Shown: piece after piece, positions 1 through 10,485 of the stretch
Numbering within the stretch: position 1 is the stretch's first letter
How the letters are laid out: each line of letters opens with the position of its first letter
Assembly: GCA_977018835.1 (NCBI GenBank)
Contig: OZ361261.1
Location: forward strand, 1,488,001 to 1,552,000
Source: Minutocellus sp. GHC0000111
Taxonomy: Eukaryota
Reading direction: 5' to 3'
DNA: 64,000 nt
Position numbers and translations under genes: made by a program
The notes under the pieces: model-generated
What the model saw: the letters and a program-made list of their open reading frames with translations, nothing else
Database searches by the model: none
What the model was told of the DNA's origin: nothing

Positions 1-326
1 AGGAACCGTGACGATGGTGGTGAAAATTAGTGAAAGAGAGTTACGCAATGTAGAGAAAGTAGAATATTCATTATAACAGGTATTATTCAAATAATAGTTA
101 TTGAGCCTAATAATACTACGTAGCTAGCTAGTATAACGTCAAGTCTTCGCGATGCTGCAAAAAGGGACGAATAAAATTGTGGCATTGTGACTGTGTAGCT
201 TGGTATACCACGTTGTATACTAGCTAGGTAGGCACTCGTAGCAATAGCGGTGCTGTGCGATGATACAATGAGTTGAGTGACATGGTTTGCGTGCATTGTT
301 CCCTGATGCCCTTGAGCTGGCTTTCA

Positions 327-1427
327 TTATTTGGGATCTTGCAAGTAAACAGTAAATTCCAATCCATCCTTAAGATTCGCGGTGTATTCCAGGTTGCCGA
401 AAACGATCCCCGTTTTCACGATTAATTGATCTGCCAGGCCCTCCACGTACTCTCTGTATGTTGAGAGAGTTTCGGATATGATCACGTTATCAGCACAAAC
501 GTAACTCCCAGTCTTGATCCTACATTTCTCCAGCGTTTGCAAATCGCGAAGGTATGAGTCCTTCGCGTGGTCGAAGAAAACAAAGTCGACAACACTGCAT
601 GGCCCAGCATGTTCCGACAGGGCAGTCTCCACTGATCCTGTCTGTACGATAGTAATATGTTCCTCCATCTTGCCAAGTCGAATCATTCTTTTGGCAACGC
701 CAATGTGCTTGGGGTTGATTTCGGTCGAAATAACTTGGAAATCGAGATTTGGAGCAAATTCTTTGATGGTCGACGCTAAGAGCAGGGCGCTATATCCGCA
801 GTACGTCCCGACGTCGAGGACAGTGAAGCGTCCTCCCTTGCGATCGGCGTCAGAGCTGAATGTTCCGACGCATTCCCTCAGGAATGTTCCAATTTCTTTT
901 CCTTTTTCGCACCCCTTTCCCCAATTCCCCAAAGGAAAGAATGAAATATTGCTTAGTAAGATGGAAGCGCACAACAAAAAGATTCCAGCCATGAAGAAAA
1001 CTATTCGACATAACAACACAATGGTATAACACAGACTTACTACGTGGAACATCCATTGCTTGCCCGTGCAGTAGGCGTCAATAGCACCTAGGACCGTCTT
1101 GGCCGCCGATGTATCAGTCGATGAGTCTGACGCAAGAGCGGCATTGTTGGCATCGCTCATCGCCACAACATGCTCCACGTGCTGAAGCAAATCGAGTTCG
1201 GAATTCGTCTTGAAGGTCCAGGCCCCGTTGGCGGGATCTCGCTTCAAGAGGCTGGCATCGTTCGTCGAGTGGAGAGCCTGCGTTAGGTCGTCCGTCCACA
1301 AGCCAACCTCGGTGTCCTTGTAAAACAAATTCGCAAAGCCGATTCCATCTTTCTGCGCTTTCATCGGAATGATGGTTGGGCCTGGGCCCACATCCTTGGC
1401 GAGGAGGATGTCTCCAAACGTTATCAT
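327..1427 (-). CDS. Catechol-O-methyltransferase-like SAM-dependent methyltransferase with an N-terminal extension; one intron at 915-1040
   Basis: COMT-type motifs: WMFHV|GCEKG, VLDVGTYCGYSALL, FVFFDHAKDSYLRDL, VCADNVI. The hydrophobic 42-aa stretch in the ORF is an in-frame 126-bp GTAAGT...AAAG intron. Confidence 0.8.
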   Translation of the reverse strand: MITFGDILLAKDVGPGPTIIPMKAQKDGIGFANLFYKDTEVGLWTDDLTQALHSTNDASLLKRDPANGAWTFKTNSELDLLQHVEHVVAMSDANNAALASDSSTDTSAAKTVLGAIDAYCTGKQWMFHVVSLCYTIVLLCRIVFFMAGIFLLCASILLSNISFFPLGNWGKGCEKGKEIGTFLRECVGTFSSDADRKGGRFTVLDVGTYCGYSALLLASTIKEFAPNLDFQVISTEINPKHIGVAKRMIRLGKMEEHITIVQTGSVETALSEHAGPCSVVDFVFFDHAKDSYLRDLQTLEKCRIKTGSYVCADNVIISETLSTYREYVEGLADQLIVKTGIVFGNLEYTANLKDGLEFTVYLQDPK

Positions 1428-1476
1428 GGTATGTATTGTTGCTGTGTGCGTGGCCTCTGTGGTATAGTCTTTACTT

Positions 1477-1515
1477 TTTGGATGACTACTTTGGATGACT
1501 ACTTTGGATGACTAC
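1477..1515. repeat. Tandem repeat, 3 x TTTGGATGACTAC
   Basis: Three exact 13-bp copies at 1477, 1490 and 1503. Confidence 0.9.
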
Positions 1516-1931
1516 TCGCGTATTTTGCAATTTCGAAATGCCGTTGGTCTCAGATCGGCAGGTAGGAGTGGCAACTGGCAGCGAACGGAACAGTTGTGTC
1601 GCTGTTATTTGAATTTAGCTGCAAGTTGTTGTGGTGATCAAAGAATACCAAAGTATTGCTGCGCAGGGTGCTGGAACTGCGTCGTGGTCTTTTGGCCGGT
1701 CTGAAGTGGTGGCGGCGAATGAATGAGCGAGCTTGGCTTGATGCCAAAATCTCAAAAGTGCTGGAACTTAACCCGGGAATTTCAACGGAGGAGCTTTTCG
1801 CCTCTAAATTCGTGCGTCACGGACGGACAGACGCCGACAGAACCCGGAACAAATGAACTCCTCCAGCTAAACTTTTGGATGTCATTGGCCTAAACTCTTG
1901 ATAGAGGAGTACCAAGCGATTCGACGATGCG

Positions 1932-3479
1932 ATGGCGCCGGGCGCCGGGTGGGCGCGCACAAAATTCAAATCCATCAACATGGAGCCCAGTGATGACGAT
2001 GAGGTCGTCCCCGGAACGGCGCCCGAGGCTCTCCTGAGCCCATCTCTGCTCGATGATTCCGTCCAGGACGCAGAGGGAAACTATGAGAAGAAGCAGATGA
2101 ATGACGAATCGATTTCACCTGCTGCCGCCCTCAACCAGCACCAGCAGCACAACCCATCTCAAACCGAGCAGGAAGCATCGCAATCGGCCTCATCATACTC
2201 CAATATGTCGGGGTCACAGCGGTTCCCGATCCTACTGGGTCCGGGTAGCAACAAGAGTACGGCAGTGCTTAATGCAAGCATCAGTGCCGATGATGGTCCT
2301 CGGTCATCGGAATCTCCGCCGCCTTCCCAACCCTCGTCCAATGCTGTGCCCGTGACGGATTATAAGAAAGAGAGGGACGATTCGTCGGCAGCCGAGGACG
2401 GGGGAGATGGAGAGCAGCAGCACGAGCACGTGCAAGATCAAGCCAAGCAGTCAGAAGCGTCTGAAATGACAATGATTTCTCGTGAGGAGGCCATTCGGAG
2501 CTTCAATGAATCTTGGCCGGCCTTTGCAGCTGCAACAGCACCACGAGAGTCGGAAGGGATTTATGCTTACTCTCATCGTGTCCCGCCCTCTATCGCGAAG
2601 CTGTTGGGCCCACCCATTAAGGAACTGAACTTCGAATCGGAGCGGCAGCAGTGGGAACAATACCGCCAACAAGCGATGGAGAGGGAGGCAGCGGCCAAGG
2701 CGGCTGCAGCAGCTGGTGCTCCAGTACCCGATCCTGGTATGGAGCGGGCCATGGCCGCGCTGAGGGAGGATGAAAAGTTCCGTCAAGATGGAATACGCAT
2801 GCAGGAGAGGCAAGAGCGGTGGGATCGAGGAGAATACAGTGATCATGATAGCGATGAGGACGAGAAAAGTCTCAGGGCCAAGATAAGGAAGAGACTGCGC
2901 AAGCCCGGTGCGCCGACGATTGCCGAATTGGCAGTCATAATGGGTCTGCGGCCCGACCCGTCTGCTGCAGAGAACAATGACGATGAGGATGCTCAAGATG
3001 TCGTTCCCGAAAAGAAACAGACGCTGCTTGCCCCACTTCCTGATCCCACTAGGGAATGGCAAAAATCCCGGAAGGGTGGCAAGCGGCGATCTTCCACAGA
3101 CAGTGGGAGTGGCTCTGATGCTCCAGTGGGAGGGGGAAATACAATTGCAGCTATCGCTGCTCATTCTTCCACAGATTCTCGCAAACGATCGAAATCGAAG
3201 GAATCGACGTCGAGCCGAAAGAAGAAGAAGCAGAAGAAATCTTCTGGTAGTGGTGCTGGAAGCTCTTTCATGCACAAGCTGCGAAAGAAGAAGAAGCCCA
3301 AAGATCATCGGAACCAGAATGGGGATACGCAAACTGACGAGGAGGAGGATGATGCATATCCTACCAAACCGAGTTCCAATATTGCCGGTGGGGGGCGAAT
3401 TTTCGATCAAACTCCCAAAAGAAGGGGAGAGAACCTTTCTCAAACGAGCATTCAAGCCATGTTTGGTAGTAGGAAATGA
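1932..3479 (+). CDS. Low-complexity, probably disordered nuclear protein with a C-terminal PIP-box-like motif
   Basis: 515-aa ORF with acidic tracts, Lys-rich NLS-like tracts and C-terminal QTSIQAMF. Confidence 0.7.
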   Translation: MAPGAGWARTKFKSINMEPSDDDEVVPGTAPEALLSPSLLDDSVQDAEGNYEKKQMNDESISPAAALNQHQQHNPSQTEQEASQSASSYSNMSGSQRFPILLGPGSNKSTAVLNASISADDGPRSSESPPPSQPSSNAVPVTDYKKERDDSSAAEDGGDGEQQHEHVQDQAKQSEASEMTMISREEAIRSFNESWPAFAAATAPRESEGIYAYSHRVPPSIAKLLGPPIKELNFESERQQWEQYRQQAMEREAAAKAAAAAGAPVPDPGMERAMAALREDEKFRQDGIRMQERQERWDRGEYSDHDSDEDEKSLRAKIRKRLRKPGAPTIAELAVIMGLRPDPSAAENNDDEDAQDVVPEKKQTLLAPLPDPTREWQKSRKGGKRRSSTDSGSGSDAPVGGGNTIAAIAAHSSTDSRKRSKSKESTSSRKKKKQKKSSGSGAGSSFMHKLRKKKKPKDHRNQNGDTQTDEEEDDAYPTKPSSNIAGGGRIFDQTPKRRGENLSQTSIQAMFGSRK

Positions 3480-3642
3480 ATCTGGAAACGAATATGCGCT
3501 CAAGAGTGCTCTTACAGGTATATATACATGTATATATTTGTACAATGCATCCAGTATTAGAAAAAGCAGTATCAAATTATACATTTTATAATTACATTAT
3601 CAGATATTCTCACTTCTTGTAGTCACAGTAAATTTATGTTTC

Positions 3643-4572
3643 TCACTTCTTCTTGCATAGTAACCTCTTTACCCCATTGCAATGTGCGAGCCCAAGGACG
3701 ACTAAGACAACCTCCTCACGACGACCTTCTTCTCGTAGTCTCCTGCACTCATCGCGAGTCTTCCGCGCTAGTGCCTTATTTCTGTCTCCCAGCAGTGTTA
3801 CCAATAGAACCCGGCCAAGCAGATGCACTCCAATTATAAGGTTCAAGACCAGCCCAGCTGCAGTTGCCTTGACTTCTTCTAGTAGCGATAGATCGTAGCC
3901 AATCCCATGAACAATTCCATATCCAATTAACCCTGCCAACCAACCAAGAAGTAAAGTCCCTGGTAATGGTTTCTTTGCAACAAATCCAAGCACATATCGT
4001 GCCAGTGATATCGGCGCTAATTGCAGCATGTCCACATCGAATAGATCGCTCCTATCAAGAAATATCTTAGTGCCTCTTGATTCTGTTTTGGAATTTGTAG
4101 GCAGTTGTGGGTCAATATTCTCTCTCCAGCCTCTCTGCAAATCAGAAAGAATTGCGTTCCAACCTTGTGGCGGTGCAAACAAGTCTTGGACCGTTTGTGT
4201 CAGCACTGAGTTTATGCGCTCGTTGTTTTTGGAGATATTCTCATCTGCCAGGATCATGCGAGCATCGTATTCTTCGGCGAGCTCGGCGGCAGCCTGGAAT
4301 TCACTGTCGAGAAACCATCGCAATATCGATCCTTTCGGTTGGATTCGTTGTGTCGTCGACCATCTCTCTTCGCATGATTCGATGACAACAGAGCCTAGCC
4401 GACCTGTGGAACCATAGTCATGGATAAGTTCAGTCACTTTTTTTATCGAATAGGGGTTGTAGTGCATCGTCCCTATAATATGGACCGGCTGGGTGGTTAC
4501 GGCGTCGCGGAAGAAGAGAGAGGCGGTCGGCGGCCGGTTGAAAGTAAACGTAGTTGCTTTGTCGATGATCAT
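3643..4572 (-). CDS. TraB/PrgY-family protein
   Basis: TraB-type motifs HIIGTMH, VVIESCEER, DRNKAL and VVLGLAHCNGV, plus two hydrophobic segments. Confidence 0.75.
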   Translation of the reverse strand: MIIDKATTFTFNRPPTASLFFRDAVTTQPVHIIGTMHYNPYSIKKVTELIHDYGSTGRLGSVVIESCEERWSTTQRIQPKGSILRWFLDSEFQAAAELAEEYDARMILADENISKNNERINSVLTQTVQDLFAPPQGWNAILSDLQRGWRENIDPQLPTNSKTESRGTKIFLDRSDLFDVDMLQLAPISLARYVLGFVAKKPLPGTLLLGWLAGLIGYGIVHGIGYDLSLLEEVKATAAGLVLNLIIGVHLLGRVLLVTLLGDRNKALARKTRDECRRLREEGRREEVVLVVLGLAHCNGVKRLLCKKK

Positions 4573-5031
4573 AATGTCTTTGCGACAGCAAAGAGTAGCT
4601 AGTCTAGGAACTCCCAGCTACATAGTACCTAGCTAGCTAGCTAGGTACGAGTAGGAGTGGGCAAGGTAAGGCAAGGCAGGAAGGCATCGGCATGGCATGA
4701 AAACAGCGATCATTTAGCCCGTTCGATTTAATCCCGCCAATGAACCGTTCGAGATTTTATTCCCGCCAAGCCACAAACCAGCAAAGCGCCATGGGCCATG
4801 GGAAGCAGATCAGTTGTGTGGCAAGGTGAACTCCACGTCGGTAGTTGTTGCGTGTGTTACAGCGCGGCAGCGTGCGCATGTATCTTGTCGTTCCTGATTT
4901 TTATTTGTACATGTACAAGATGTGGTGAAAATCAGTTTGGGGTTTCAGTCGTTTCACATCATCACGTCACAATCTATCTGAAGCAACCAACACGGTGCAA
5001 AAAATTCGAAGTCCGTACGTGTACATAACCG

Positions 5032-6909
5032 ATGACTCGAAGACCTCCCAGAGCTACAGGCGGCGGCGCTGCTGGTGGTGGTCTGCCGTGGTATCTTTCT
5101 GATCTAGACGTTGAGGTTGTCGGTAGCGGTAGTAGCGGCGGCAGTATGGGCCACGACCGGCGTGCGAGTGCCCCGACCGCAAAGGCTGCCGGTTCCGATA
5201 ACGGTGGTGCACGAAGCAACAGCAACAACAACAGAGGCAATACTCGTAGGCGCCGCGATCGGCCCTATCACTTCGATAATAACGACAATGATCCCTATGT
5301 ATTTGTTCCTGCCGATTCGTCCTCTATGGCCAAGGCTGGCGGTAGTGGTGGGCGCTCGGCGACGGCAAAACGTCGGCATCGGGGCCGTTCGAACGTACCC
5401 ACGGCATCGTCCATTACCATCACCGTCCTGTTGGGCGTGCTGACGGTGTTCTATTTCGCTTACTTGCGATATACAGGCAAGACCGTACAGTCGAGTGAGA
5501 AGTCAGGGATTGGTACTGCTACCAAGATTGGTGGAAAGCGGTCCAAAAAGAGCAGCAGGAGGAAACGGCTCGAAGACAAGAAGAAGAAAGAGGCCGCTGC
5601 TTCGCAAGAGAAGCAGAACGAGGTGGTAGTGGCCACCACACGGCGAAAGCAGCAAACAACTGCAAATGCAATCAAGAGAGAAGAGCGGGAGGAGCGGGTA
5701 GAAAAGGATACTGGTGCTATCGCGACAGTCGTTGTGAAGAAGGAGGAATCTACGACACAAATAATCTCATCGGAACCTCGAACTCCAAAGAGACGACCTG
5801 CAAGTAGTGATCAGGTCGTTCATGCAACGCCTGCTCGGTCAGGTGTATCGGGTGCCATGCAGCTTGCCACTCCAAAGACTCCCCAAGAGTACAAAATCCA
5901 CGTCGAGCAGATTGCATCGGTGGTGTCTTCGATGGGGCTGGATGGGCAGCAGTCGCTCCAGATCGCCAACCAGACCGTGATTCGTCGACTAGAGACTGAA
6001 ATGTCTGAGCATAACGTTAATCAACGAGAAATGAGGCGAGAAGAAATTGAAGAGCGACGTAGAGAAGAAGATAAAAAGGAAGCGGACCGTCGGCACAAGG
6101 AGAGCCTTACAGCAATCAAGGGAGAGAAGCGATTATCCGATAAAGTGATTGATGCGAGGATAAGATGCCGAGAGGTAGCCCTCCAGATATTTCCTGGGAG
6201 ACATTTTCTGCTTTGCGTCTCGGTGGCGCTGATATCCATGTTCTTATGCTTGAATTTTGCATCTGTCATTCGTGATGTGTATACTGACGAAGGCAATAGA
6301 ACGATATTGTTTGCTCTAAGGAAGATGTGCGGATGTCTCGACGATGAAGAGAGTCAACAAGAATCGGAAGGATTTCAGTTGACCTCATATTACTACTCAT
6401 ACCTGCGATATGCAACCGATCTTTGTCCGAGTACACTGAGTGGCTACATACAAGTTTTCGCTCCTTTATCTCATTGGTTAGGGTCGGCACCATGTTTGGC
6501 GATTTGTGCCATGAAGTATGGGCTTTTCTTTGCTGCATTGGGCCAAGTTCATCGACTCCTGAGGTTATTCCATTCCATTGAGTTTGTTCATCAGGCAGCG
6601 AATGCCGTGTCAATTTCGGCTCTGTTGCTGTCCAAGCTAGTTTATCGATCCAGTCATCACTATACGAGCGCGGAGCTGCTTTGGGATCTGACCGCACCGT
6701 TGGCAGCGGCAAATATTATCTTGGCCGTGTTGTGTGTTGCGATATCATCGTCCAAGGGTTTGGATGATAAAGCCTTGCGTCGTGCCGAAGTTGCAAATAA
6801 GAAAGGACTTGAAAAGACATTGCGTTACTTGACGTGGTTGCCATCTCTAGTTTGGATTGTTTCGACAATTATTGCGATTTACATTGGCATCTATTGGGGA
6901 ACAAGATAG
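5032..6909 (+). CDS. Hypothetical multi-pass membrane protein with a coiled-coil region
   Basis: 625-aa ORF: one N-proximal TM segment, a charged coiled coil, and several C-terminal hydrophobic segments. Confidence 0.7.
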   Translation: MTRRPPRATGGGAAGGGLPWYLSDLDVEVVGSGSSGGSMGHDRRASAPTAKAAGSDNGGARSNSNNNRGNTRRRRDRPYHFDNNDNDPYVFVPADSSSMAKAGGSGGRSATAKRRHRGRSNVPTASSITITVLLGVLTVFYFAYLRYTGKTVQSSEKSGIGTATKIGGKRSKKSSRRKRLEDKKKKEAAASQEKQNEVVVATTRRKQQTTANAIKREEREERVEKDTGAIATVVVKKEESTTQIISSEPRTPKRRPASSDQVVHATPARSGVSGAMQLATPKTPQEYKIHVEQIASVVSSMGLDGQQSLQIANQTVIRRLETEMSEHNVNQREMRREEIEERRREEDKKEADRRHKESLTAIKGEKRLSDKVIDARIRCREVALQIFPGRHFLLCVSVALISMFLCLNFASVIRDVYTDEGNRTILFALRKMCGCLDDEESQQESEGFQLTSYYYSYLRYATDLCPSTLSGYIQVFAPLSHWLGSAPCLAICAMKYGLFFAALGQVHRLLRLFHSIEFVHQAANAVSISALLLSKLVYRSSHHYTSAELLWDLTAPLAAANIILAVLCVAISSSKGLDDKALRRAEVANKKGLEKTLRYLTWLPSLVWIVSTIIAIYIGIYWGTR

Positions 6910-7050
6910 GTCTGATGTTAGTAATTTTGGTGCTATGTCGTCACTCTACTAGTATGCCAACTCTCCTTCTTTTATGTATTAGGCTATTATTATAGCAGGT
7001 CTTGAGATTTCCCGTACATCCTTGAATCATTTGGCTATCTCTGCGCTTGC

Positions 7051-9021
7051 CTATTTCTTCTTACGAGAACGCTTCGAATCGCGCGATTCATTGCCACCAC
7101 CTGCCCTTTTCTTTTTGGCTTCCTTACTCTTCTTTCTCTGCCTTCCACGACGCCCCTTCTCCTGTGCCTTGAGGGCCTTGACTACGCTATCATCCAGCTC
7201 GTTCTTGCCAGTTATCGGACAAAGCTTGACTCCTGCGAGGATGAATCCACCGCTCTGGCTCATGTTCATGTTGGGATGGGTCCGACCGGGCAAGACCTGA
7301 TATTCTCTGTACCAAGTATCCGTCAATCGAAGATTGATTGCGAGGTTCTGTCTCTGCAGCTCTCGGAAACATTCCGCCAGGGGCTCGATGAATTCGGAAT
7401 AAACCACAAAGGGGCAGGAAGGAGCTAGATGCGGCAGCATCTTAAGAAGGCATGCCGTGGGATCGTACTTGGTGGCGAGGATTATGGAACTGCAGAGACG
7501 GTTGGGGTCGTGGACCCACTCCCGCGCCTCCAGAACTGTGTGACGGGTAAGCTTGCGGGCAAATCGAGAACATCGCTTGGCAAGAAAGTCTGCCCTATCC
7601 CTGTCACTGGACATGTTTTCTAGATACGTTCGAGTGTGAGGCTGCAAAGGACAGGGCCAGACGAGCTGTTCCCGATCGGCCAGCTCATAGTCGATCACTT
7701 CCCCCGATCCCTCCTCAACAACGCCTGCGCCTCCCGTCGACGGCGCAACGGGCCTAGCAGCATCGTCGGCCAGAACCTCCCCGGTGTGCAACCACTTGAT
7801 GGAGTGATTCTCGGCAAAGCTTAGGTTGAATCGGGCAATCATCTCCGTGAAGGACATCTGCTGTCCCTGATACAATGAAATGATCTTGCCGTAGCCACCC
7901 ATCCTCTGCGCCAAGGCGCCGGTGATAATGCCCATGCAGTTCTCGTAGACCATGACCTGACAGCCAGCGCAGATATTTGAGTAGGCCAAAATCTGTGCCA
8001 GCGTGTCCTCCCTCAAATTCATAATCTTGCGCGGCTCCTTGAGGTAGTAGGCCTCGCAGATGCTGGCACCTGTGCAGCGCACCATTCGGCATCGAGGTTG
8101 GTACTTCATCTGCTTCCTCTTGATGTACTTGGCCTTAGAGAATTCCGTCTTGGCGTCAAAGGTTGCCGAGTTCTCAATGAGGGCGGCAACAATCTCCGAC
8201 CCGTGGATGCCCTGTTCTCTCATTTCGGTCACCGCCGAGTAAGATATGCCCTGAGCTGTGTTGTTGTCAACCAGGTTGCGATTGTCGCTATAACCTGCCG
8301 CCGCCATCTCGGCCTCACGCTCCGGGTCGTTCTCCTCAGAATGCTCATCGGTCGATCCAGCGTAGTTGAGATTCGGAGCGCTACCACCAACGGTACCATC
8401 TACGACACCACCACCAGCTGATCCTGCCGCTCCAGCTCCAACACCACCACTGGTCGGTACGGGGCTGGACGTACCCGAACCCCTTCGACTGACAATCGCC
8501 GAGGGGCTAATGTCAATCTCCGGCACAACATCCTCCTCATCGCCCAGGGGGATCAGCCCGCCACGGCCCAGCTCCAGCACGGTGCCATACGGCAATCCGA
8601 TGAGATTGGCCGTCGGATACGACCGCTTGGCAATCTTGACGGGCGGGCTCTTGCCCCTCCAGCTCGACACGCAGTGCGCAAAGATTTGCTTCCGATCGGC
8701 AAAGTGCAGGAGAACGAAGTCGCCGTCGCGGACCTTTGAGGAGGGCTGCTGAGAAAGAAGAGGATCGTCGATCTCGTCCTCTCCAAACAATTCTGCTGCC
8801 TTGGCGGCGGCGGCAGCATCGTCTGCTTCTAATGATGATGGTCCGCTTTCCTGTGGAGGGCAAGCCTTCGCATTTACCCCAGCAGAAGCAGCAGCAGCAG
8901 CCGCCTGATCTTGTCCCTCTGATGAAGCACTACTCGTGCCAGCTGCTGCTACTGGCACCGCTGGTGGCGGAGCAGCCGATTCGGTCGTCTCCGAAACGTC
9001 AGTCGGTAGGTCGTCCTCCAT
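7051..9021 (-). CDS. TRM6: tRNA (adenine-58-N1)-methyltransferase non-catalytic subunit TRM6/GCD10
   Basis: Gcd10 motifs DNRNLVDNNTAQ, ENSATFDAKTEFSKAKYIKRK, LREDTLAQIL and WYREYQVLPGRTHPNM...GGFIL. Confidence 0.93.
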   Translation of the reverse strand: MEDDLPTDVSETTESAAPPPAVPVAAAGTSSASSEGQDQAAAAAASAGVNAKACPPQESGPSSLEADDAAAAAKAAELFGEDEIDDPLLSQQPSSKVRDGDFVLLHFADRKQIFAHCVSSWRGKSPPVKIAKRSYPTANLIGLPYGTVLELGRGGLIPLGDEEDVVPEIDISPSAIVSRRGSGTSSPVPTSGGVGAGAAGSAGGGVVDGTVGGSAPNLNYAGSTDEHSEENDPEREAEMAAAGYSDNRNLVDNNTAQGISYSAVTEMREQGIHGSEIVAALIENSATFDAKTEFSKAKYIKRKQMKYQPRCRMVRCTGASICEAYYLKEPRKIMNLREDTLAQILAYSNICAGCQVMVYENCMGIITGALAQRMGGYGKIISLYQGQQMSFTEMIARFNLSFAENHSIKWLHTGEVLADDAARPVAPSTGGAGVVEEGSGEVIDYELADREQLVWPCPLQPHTRTYLENMSSDRDRADFLAKRCSRFARKLTRHTVLEAREWVHDPNRLCSSIILATKYDPTACLLKMLPHLAPSCPFVVYSEFIEPLAECFRELQRQNLAINLRLTDTWYREYQVLPGRTHPNMNMSQSGGFILAGVKLCPITGKNELDDSVVKALKAQEKGRRGRQRKKSKEAKKKRAGGGNESRDSKRSRKKK

Positions 9022-9233
9022 TGTGACACTCTATCTATTGCGCTGTTGCTGTGGTTGGGTTCTCGAGATACCTCCCACTTGTGGCTTGGCCTTCCGCCTT
9101 TCGATTTTCATGGAGGCCACGCCGCGCCACGCACGGACGGAGAGCGTCTGTGCGTCGTCTTTCGACATGCTCGTCGCGATGCTGATTTCCCGCAAACCGC
9201 CACGAAAACTTGCGATTGCTGACCGAGGAAATC

Positions 9234-10055
9234 ATGTCGAGCTGTTGTAAGCCTGGGTGTAGCAAAGTCGCCACCAAGTCATGCACCGGGTGCCACAAGC
9301 GGCAGTACTGCTCACGCGAATGTCAGAAGATCGCTTGGGCAGAGCACTCGTATGAGTGCAACCCGACGGCACCGCCACTTTCCTTCGATGGACTCCGACA
9401 AGTCCGTCCCAGGGTAGGCTCGGTGGCCGAGTTCGAGGATCTGATTGAAGAGGTCAAGACGACGTACTATCCGAACGCCGTGAGCAAGACTCCCGAGGGC
9501 CAATGCAAGCAGGGCGAACCTCAGGGCTACATCGTGATCAAGAATGGGTCGACCGATGGCTCGATGCTATCCAACTTTATCGTGGAAGAATTGGATCGCC
9601 ACGTTATCCTCATCCTGACCAAAAAACGGCAAAAGCAGAAGAAGGCATTCATAGGTGCCATCGTTGGCAAGGAGGAGGCCAATAATCCTGGCTCGGCCAT
9701 GATTGGCTCGGAACTGGCCTCCAATATCAGCCAAGCTTTCAGTGAGGTGTGGATGCCAGCTTTCTCGGGGACAGACAATTCTCGCTACCGATTGGACCTG
9801 CTGTACGGATTCACTGCGGCGATATACCAGTATTGGTTCTGGATGCAGCGTCATCCGCATGAGTGGGATGGACATGAGATGCTCGAGTGTCTTGGTGCGG
9901 CTTGGAAATCAAGTCTGGAGAAATCGCCGGAGGAACTTGGGCTGGATCCAATCTTTTCACTACCAGCCATCCGGCAATTCTTGAGAAAGTTCAAAAAGGA
10001 TGTGGAGGCGGAGACATGTTCATGTTCCAAGCCTCTACTGTTTGAATTTGAGTAG
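9234..10055 (+). CDS. MYND zinc-finger protein
   Basis: From ATG 9234: CCKPGC...CTGCHKRQYCSRECQKIAWAEHSYEC is a MYND finger. Confidence 0.8.
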   Translation: MSSCCKPGCSKVATKSCTGCHKRQYCSRECQKIAWAEHSYECNPTAPPLSFDGLRQVRPRVGSVAEFEDLIEEVKTTYYPNAVSKTPEGQCKQGEPQGYIVIKNGSTDGSMLSNFIVEELDRHVILILTKKRQKQKKAFIGAIVGKEEANNPGSAMIGSELASNISQAFSEVWMPAFSGTDNSRYRLDLLYGFTAAIYQYWFWMQRHPHEWDGHEMLECLGAAWKSSLEKSPEELGLDPIFSLPAIRQFLRKFKKDVEAETCSCSKPLLFEFE

Positions 10056-10485
10056 ATCTAATGTGCACGCACCACGTCTGTTATGAATCAATCACATGAT
10101 CTAGGAATTCCTAGCTACGTAGTAAAACTACAACAAGAGGAGGCGGAACGAGGAGAGGAGGAACGAACTGATGTACTGTAGATCTAATGAGGAAATTCAT
10201 TCCTGCATGCATTCTTGCACGAACATACATGTACCGGTACATGTACTTGTATGATTAGGAATCTATAGATCTACCATCACCAAGGCATCGATGCGGTGGT
10301 CGATTGTGTCTTATTGAGCATGAATCTGTACTATTACATGTACTTCGTAGCTAGGAATCTTCCTACATATGTAGTACCTGTACCGGTAGATCGGCCGGCC
10401 GCATGTTGGCTGGCCAATCGCACCGCACTCACTGCTGAAGTCAGTCTTTCTGTCGCCCGCGCAAACCGTCAAAGTCAAAGTCGCC

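Noticed and set aside
1477..1515. Short repeats as a CRISPR array
   Set aside because: The units are directly adjacent with no spacers, the context is eukaryotic, and there are no cas genes.
1656..1856. Small ORF (MNERAWLDAKISKVLEL...) upstream of the 1932 gene
   Set aside because: Short, no recognisable family and no splice link found; probably promoter or UTR sequence.
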